Assembly: GCA_963717505.1 (NCBI GenBank)
Contig: OY970342.1
Location: 1,056,001 to 1,120,000 of the forward strand
DNA length: 64,000 nt
Origin: Candidatus Eiseniibacteriota bacterium
Lineage (GTDB): Bacteria > Eisenbacteria > RBG-16-71-46
Direction of reading: 5' to 3'
The notes under the pieces are model-generated. The model saw only the letters and a program-made list of their open reading frames with translations. It ran no database searches and had not been told where the DNA came from. Position 1 is the stretch's first letter. The number at the start of each line of letters is the position of its first letter. A program made the translations under genes and the position numbers. Shown here piece by piece: positions 59,268-64,000 of the stretch.

Positions 59268-60215
59268 ATGCACCGACCCCAACACCAACCCGCCCTGGCG
59301 TGGCTCGTCGTCGCGCTGGCACTGGCCGGTTGTAGCCGAAGCGAGACGCCGGTCAGCGGCGGCGGCGGCTGGAATCAGGATTCGGGCGAGATCAGCGGCA
59401 CGATGGCCAGTCAGCCCGACCTGGTCGACGACGGCGAGATGGAGCATTCCGACGAGACGATGATCGAGAACGCTCCGGAAGGCGCGCTGGCCGCGATCCG
59501 GCCGCTGCGCTTCTGGCGTCACATCTCTCGCGTCGATCGCAGGTTCGAGTTCGCGTTCGCGGACAGCGATTCGACCGGACGGCCGACCACCGCGATCGTG
59601 ACCGTGCACAAGGTGTTCCACGGCACGTTCAACATCGCGACATCTTCGACCTCCGACGATTCGTCCACGCTCGCGCGACGCATCGTTCGCAAGCCGTTCG
59701 TCGATCACTGGGTGCGCCGCGTGATGCTGGCACGGGTTCCGGACCCCGGTGCGGTCGACCTGGCGTCGCGTCGTCCGAGGTGGCGGATCGCGGCCACCAC
59801 CGGCGTGCGCGTCCAGTCCGAGCGTCCGCCCGTGGACCGACACGTGAACATCCTCAGTCTGCGACTCCAGTCGGGCGACCTCGACACGACGATCACGTCG
59901 CCGCGCGAGTTCTTCCGCCTGCGCCAAATCCTCAAGCTCGAACCGGGCGCTCACGTGGCAGTCACCGTCACCACCGAGCGGCCGGACGACGTAGTGGTCC
60001 TGCTGCGCACGGGCCTGCGCACGCGGCTACACGCCAACGGCGACAACACGTACTCGGGCCGGTTCCTGGTTCCGTTCGACCGGGGTGTGCGGCACTTCGG
60101 CGTGAACGCGCTCGACCACGAGACGCTCTACGACGACGCGGCTCCGTACAACTCGCAGGCGTGGATCTTCCCGTACGCGATCGTGTCGGAGCTGCTGGCG
60201 GAGTACCGCCCGTAA
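59268..60215 (+). CDS. Hypothetical lipoprotein
   Basis: RBS GGAGG; lipobox LALAGC; typical codon usage. Confidence 0.82.
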   Translation: MHRPQHQPALAWLVVALALAGCSRSETPVSGGGGWNQDSGEISGTMASQPDLVDDGEMEHSDETMIENAPEGALAAIRPLRFWRHISRVDRRFEFAFADSDSTGRPTTAIVTVHKVFHGTFNIATSSTSDDSSTLARRIVRKPFVDHWVRRVMLARVPDPGAVDLASRRPRWRIAATTGVRVQSERPPVDRHVNILSLRLQSGDLDTTITSPREFFRLRQILKLEPGAHVAVTVTTERPDDVVVLLRTGLRTRLHANGDNTYSGRFLVPFDRGVRHFGVNALDHETLYDDAAPYNSQAWIFPYAIVSELLAEYRP

Positions 60216-60225
60216 GGCATCGGGT

Positions 60226-60375
60226 TTGCGGGATGTCGGGGTGAGGGTGAGGGGGCCCTTAGGCCGCTCGCTCCGCCTCCTGCGTCGCTCGCTGAGACTG
60301 AGTCGCGCTCCCGCCGTCCCTGGCTCCGCGCGACTCAGACTCGCCTTTGGGCCCCCTCACCACCGACACCCGCAA
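60226..60375. repeat. 150-bp intergenic palindromic element (MITE/REP-like or structured RNA)
   Basis: 13-bp perfect arms 60246-60258/60349-60361 extended by 60226-60239/60363-60375; inner 11-bp stem 60298-60308/60328-60338. Confidence 0.8.
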
Positions 60376-60408
60376 CATGCGGGAACCCACCAGTGACACC
60401 CGACCGGG

Positions 60409-60912
60409 CTATTCTTCCGGTTCTTCCTTGATCAGCCCGCGACGCTTGAAGATCTCCGCCCACTCCTCGATTTCGCGCTTCGACAGATTCACCGGCTTCT
60501 CGGGCGTCTCCTCCGAGTGCGGACCCAGGGCGCTCGCCAGGAACAGATCGGAGAGGGAAATGTCGGCGCCCATCGCGCGCGCGTGGCGCGCGACCTCGAG
60601 GTCGGACGTCACGACCGTCACGCGTCGGTCGTTGTCCACCTCGCGCTCGACCAAACGGCGGATCACGTCGTCGGCCTTTTCCGGCGGACGCGAGTAGCGG
60701 ACCTCGACGCGACCTTGCGGAGCATCCTCGCCGCCGCCGGTCGCGCCGTCGAACACGACCACGAAGCGCGCATCACCGGGGCCGAAGGTCCAGGCGAGCA
60801 GGTTCTGCAGCTTGTCCCGCGCCTGTTCCAGCGTCCGCTCCGGCCCGGGCCTGAGCTCCGCCGAGCGGAGAATGACGTTGTAGCCGTCGACGATGATCAG
60901 GTGATCGCTCAT
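60409..60912 (-). CDS. NYN-domain (YacP/Rae1-like) ribonuclease
   Basis: IIVDGYNV, VVFDG, KADDVI, VVTSD. Confidence 0.88.
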   Translation of the reverse strand: MSDHLIIVDGYNVILRSAELRPGPERTLEQARDKLQNLLAWTFGPGDARFVVVFDGATGGGEDAPQGRVEVRYSRPPEKADDVIRRLVEREVDNDRRVTVVTSDLEVARHARAMGADISLSDLFLASALGPHSEETPEKPVNLSKREIEEWAEIFKRRGLIKEEPEE

Positions 60913-60987
60913 GACGTTCCTGGGCCAAAATGAGATCGGGCGCGCTCCCCTGGGAAGCGCGCCCGCCTCGAGCCCTGGCGTGTCGTC

Positions 60988-62229
60988 CTAGGGATTGCCG
61001 CCGCTGACCGTGTGCACGATCGTGCCGTTGTCTCCCACGGCCCAACCGCGGAACTGGTCGACGAAGAATACATCCCGGAGCCGGCTCGAGGTATTCGGCG
61101 ACTGCGCCGTCCAGCTGGCGCCGCCGTTGTCGGTCCGCAGGACCGCGCCCCCCACGTTCAACCCGACCGCCCAGCCGGTGCTGGCGTCGACAAAGCAGGC
61201 GTCCTCGAGCGAGTACCCGGATCCGGCGTTCACCAGCTCCCAGTTGGTGGAGTCGGGCCCGGCGATCGTGCGCGGCGCCGCACCCGCGTTGCCGACCGCG
61301 TTGGCGCGCGACTCGGACTCTCGCCACACGCCCGACAGCACGAGGCCGGTGACCGCCGGCTGCACCACGAACCACGTGGCTCCGGCGTTGTGCGTGCCGA
61401 GGATCACACCGTTGTTGCCGACGGCCCAGCCGTCACGGGTCCCGGCAAACGCGACTCCGTTCAGATCCGAGACCGCCATGCCAATACGCTCCCAGGTGTC
61501 GCCGCCATCGGTCGTCCGCAGCAGAACTCCCGAAGCACCTACCACCCAGCCGGTGTCGGCGTCGGCGAACGTGATGTCGTGCAGGTTTTCCGCGGCGGGC
61601 ACGGTGAGCAGTCGCGTCCAGGATGTGCCGCTGTTCGTGGTCCTCAGAATCATGCCGCCGGCGCCGGCGGCGAAGCCCATGCTCGCGTTGGCGAACCAGA
61701 CGGCATTGATCCGCGCCGTGGTCGGCGTGTTCTGTAGCGCCCAGGTGGAGCCGGCGTTGGTCGTACGCACCATGCGCCCGCCATCGCCGCACGCCCAGCC
61801 GTTGCGGCCGTCAGGTTGGAAGAAGATGCCGTTCAGGCGCGATCCGGAGACGTTGCTCGTCTGCGCGGTCCAGCCGCCGGTTCCCGGCGTCACCACCACG
61901 ACCCCGCTGTCGGTCACCGCGCCCGAAGTCGCGAACACCTGCGTGATGCCTTCGGTGACTCCGACCACCTGGCCGCTGGCGCTGACCAGGCAGATGCCGG
62001 TGTCGGCGCTGGTCCAGGTGACCGGGGCGACGATCTCGACTCCCGAGCTGTCGTAGAGAGTGACCAGGAAGTTCGCAACCGACTCGATGGTCACGACCAC
62101 GGTGTCGGGGCTGACCACGATCGAGTCCGCGGTGCCCATCGGAGGGCCGGTCGGGCTCGAGCTGTCGCAGCCGGCGAGTGCAACCAGACCCGCGACCAGG
62201 AGTGTCGGCAACCAACATTTCGAGTTCAT
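60988..62229 (-). CDS. Lipoprotein with Ig-like (Big_2) domain and YCF48-like beta-propeller
   Basis: Lipobox LVALAGC; VTWTSAD; repeated GWAVGxxGxILxTxxGGxxW. Confidence 0.88.
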   Translation of the reverse strand: MNSKCWLPTLLVAGLVALAGCDSSSPTGPPMGTADSIVVSPDTVVVTIESVANFLVTLYDSSGVEIVAPVTWTSADTGICLVSASGQVVGVTEGITQVFATSGAVTDSGVVVVTPGTGGWTAQTSNVSGSRLNGIFFQPDGRNGWACGDGGRMVRTTNAGSTWALQNTPTTARINAVWFANASMGFAAGAGGMILRTTNSGTSWTRLLTVPAAENLHDITFADADTGWVVGASGVLLRTTDGGDTWERIGMAVSDLNGVAFAGTRDGWAVGNNGVILGTHNAGATWFVVQPAVTGLVLSGVWRESESRANAVGNAGAAPRTIAGPDSTNWELVNAGSGYSLEDACFVDASTGWAVGLNVGGAVLRTDNGGASWTAQSPNTSSRLRDVFFVDQFRGWAVGDNGTIVHTVSGGNP

Positions 62230-62489
62230 GCGCATTTCCTGTTCTAGCTCCCTGGAGTGCCCCGGCGGGGGTCCATTCCTCGGCCATCCGGATCGACGTT
62301 GACGCATTTCGGGCGCCTTGGGAATCCCGGCGCTTCGGGTCCGGTCTCGGGGTTGGAACGACGCGCGCGAAGCGGGGAGCCGGCCCCGATGGATTATCGG
62401 CCGGCAAGGGCCTACTCTCCGGCGACTTTTCTTGGGGTGCCTGGCGTCGTCCGACGTCGGCCCCCACCCCTCTGGGAGCGCTCTGCCGA

Positions 62490-63430
<941 letters not shown>

Positions 63431-63434
<4 letters not shown>

Positions 63435-64000
63435 GCTTTTCCCTGCGGATCCCGTTGATCGTGGCACGCCGCGAGTACCTGAGCACCGTTCGGCGCAAGG
63501 CCTTCGTGTTCACCGCGCTGGGCACACCCGCCTACTTCGCGCTCGTCATGTTCCTCTCGATCGGGCCCTCGGCGCAGGAGCGTCTCTCGGTGATCAAGGA
63601 GTTGAAGACCCTGGGCGTGGTGGACTCCTCGGGGCTCTTTCAGAACGCGCCGCGCGAGATCGCGACCGACCTCGCTCAGGAGCAGGTGCAAATCGGTGCA
63701 CAGATTCCCTCGCAGATCGTCCGCACCGAGATCCGCGAGTTCGCGGATTTCGGCGCCGCGGAGCGTGCTATGAGGAGCGGCGAGATCAGCCAGGTGCTGG
63801 TCATTCCTGCCGACTACCTGGAGCACGGCCGGCTCCGGCGCTACGCGCGCTCGTTCAACCTGTTCTCCTCCGCCGACCGCCGGCCGATTTCGGCGTGGCT
63901 GGTGCGCGGACTGGCAGGTGGCCACCTCGATGCCGCCCAGCTCGAGCGCGTTGCGCGGCCCACCGCGGGCATGGACCTCTATGCGATCAACAAGCAGGGC
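63431..64000 (+). CDS. ABC-2 exporter permease (NatB/YhaP-like), truncated at window end
   Basis: ATGA overlap; MSFSLRIPLIVARREYLSTVRRKAFVF.., GVVDSSG. Confidence 0.85.

Overview
Very GC-rich bacterial chromosome segment, densely coding, with about 50 genes. I found no rRNA, tRNA, CRISPR array, integrase or transposase. The organism is a diderm: it has OM beta-barrels, a TonB-dependent receptor, lipoproteins, a FlgD-Ig/T9SS-like C-terminal domain and a C-terminal 'TWGEVKRRWK' tag. This suggests an FCB-related candidate lineage such as Ca. Eisenbacteria (inference). Most genes are housekeeping or envelope genes: dsbD, YyaL, msrA, a YhaO/YhaN (Mre11/Rad50-like) pair, a NarL-type two-component system, sppA, nth, pabB/pabC, glgP, bshB1-like, a Lon variant, rlmD, pepA and an ABC exporter. 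Four genes have single frameshifts, probably long-read indels. Most unusual observations: (1) a membrane-anchored PP2C phosphatase with tandem YxGPERRR motifs, matching the Cle-type c-di-GMP-binding repeat, directly downstream of a membrane-anchored Mre11/Rad50-like pair; (2) two related ~150-bp intergenic palindromic elements and a separate G-U-rich structured RNA candidate; (3) several apparent pseudo-enzymes (Lon lacking the N-domain, Walker-B Glu and pore Tyr; a secreted Ser-less alpha/beta hydrolase beside a sensor kinase; a Glu-less amidohydrolase coupled to an intact paralogue); (4) an orphan GNAT + BoxB-like di-iron pair; (5) five sigma-54-type promoters and a 7-2-7 operator upstream of the TonB operon. 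All calls come from motifs read by eye; no database search was run.
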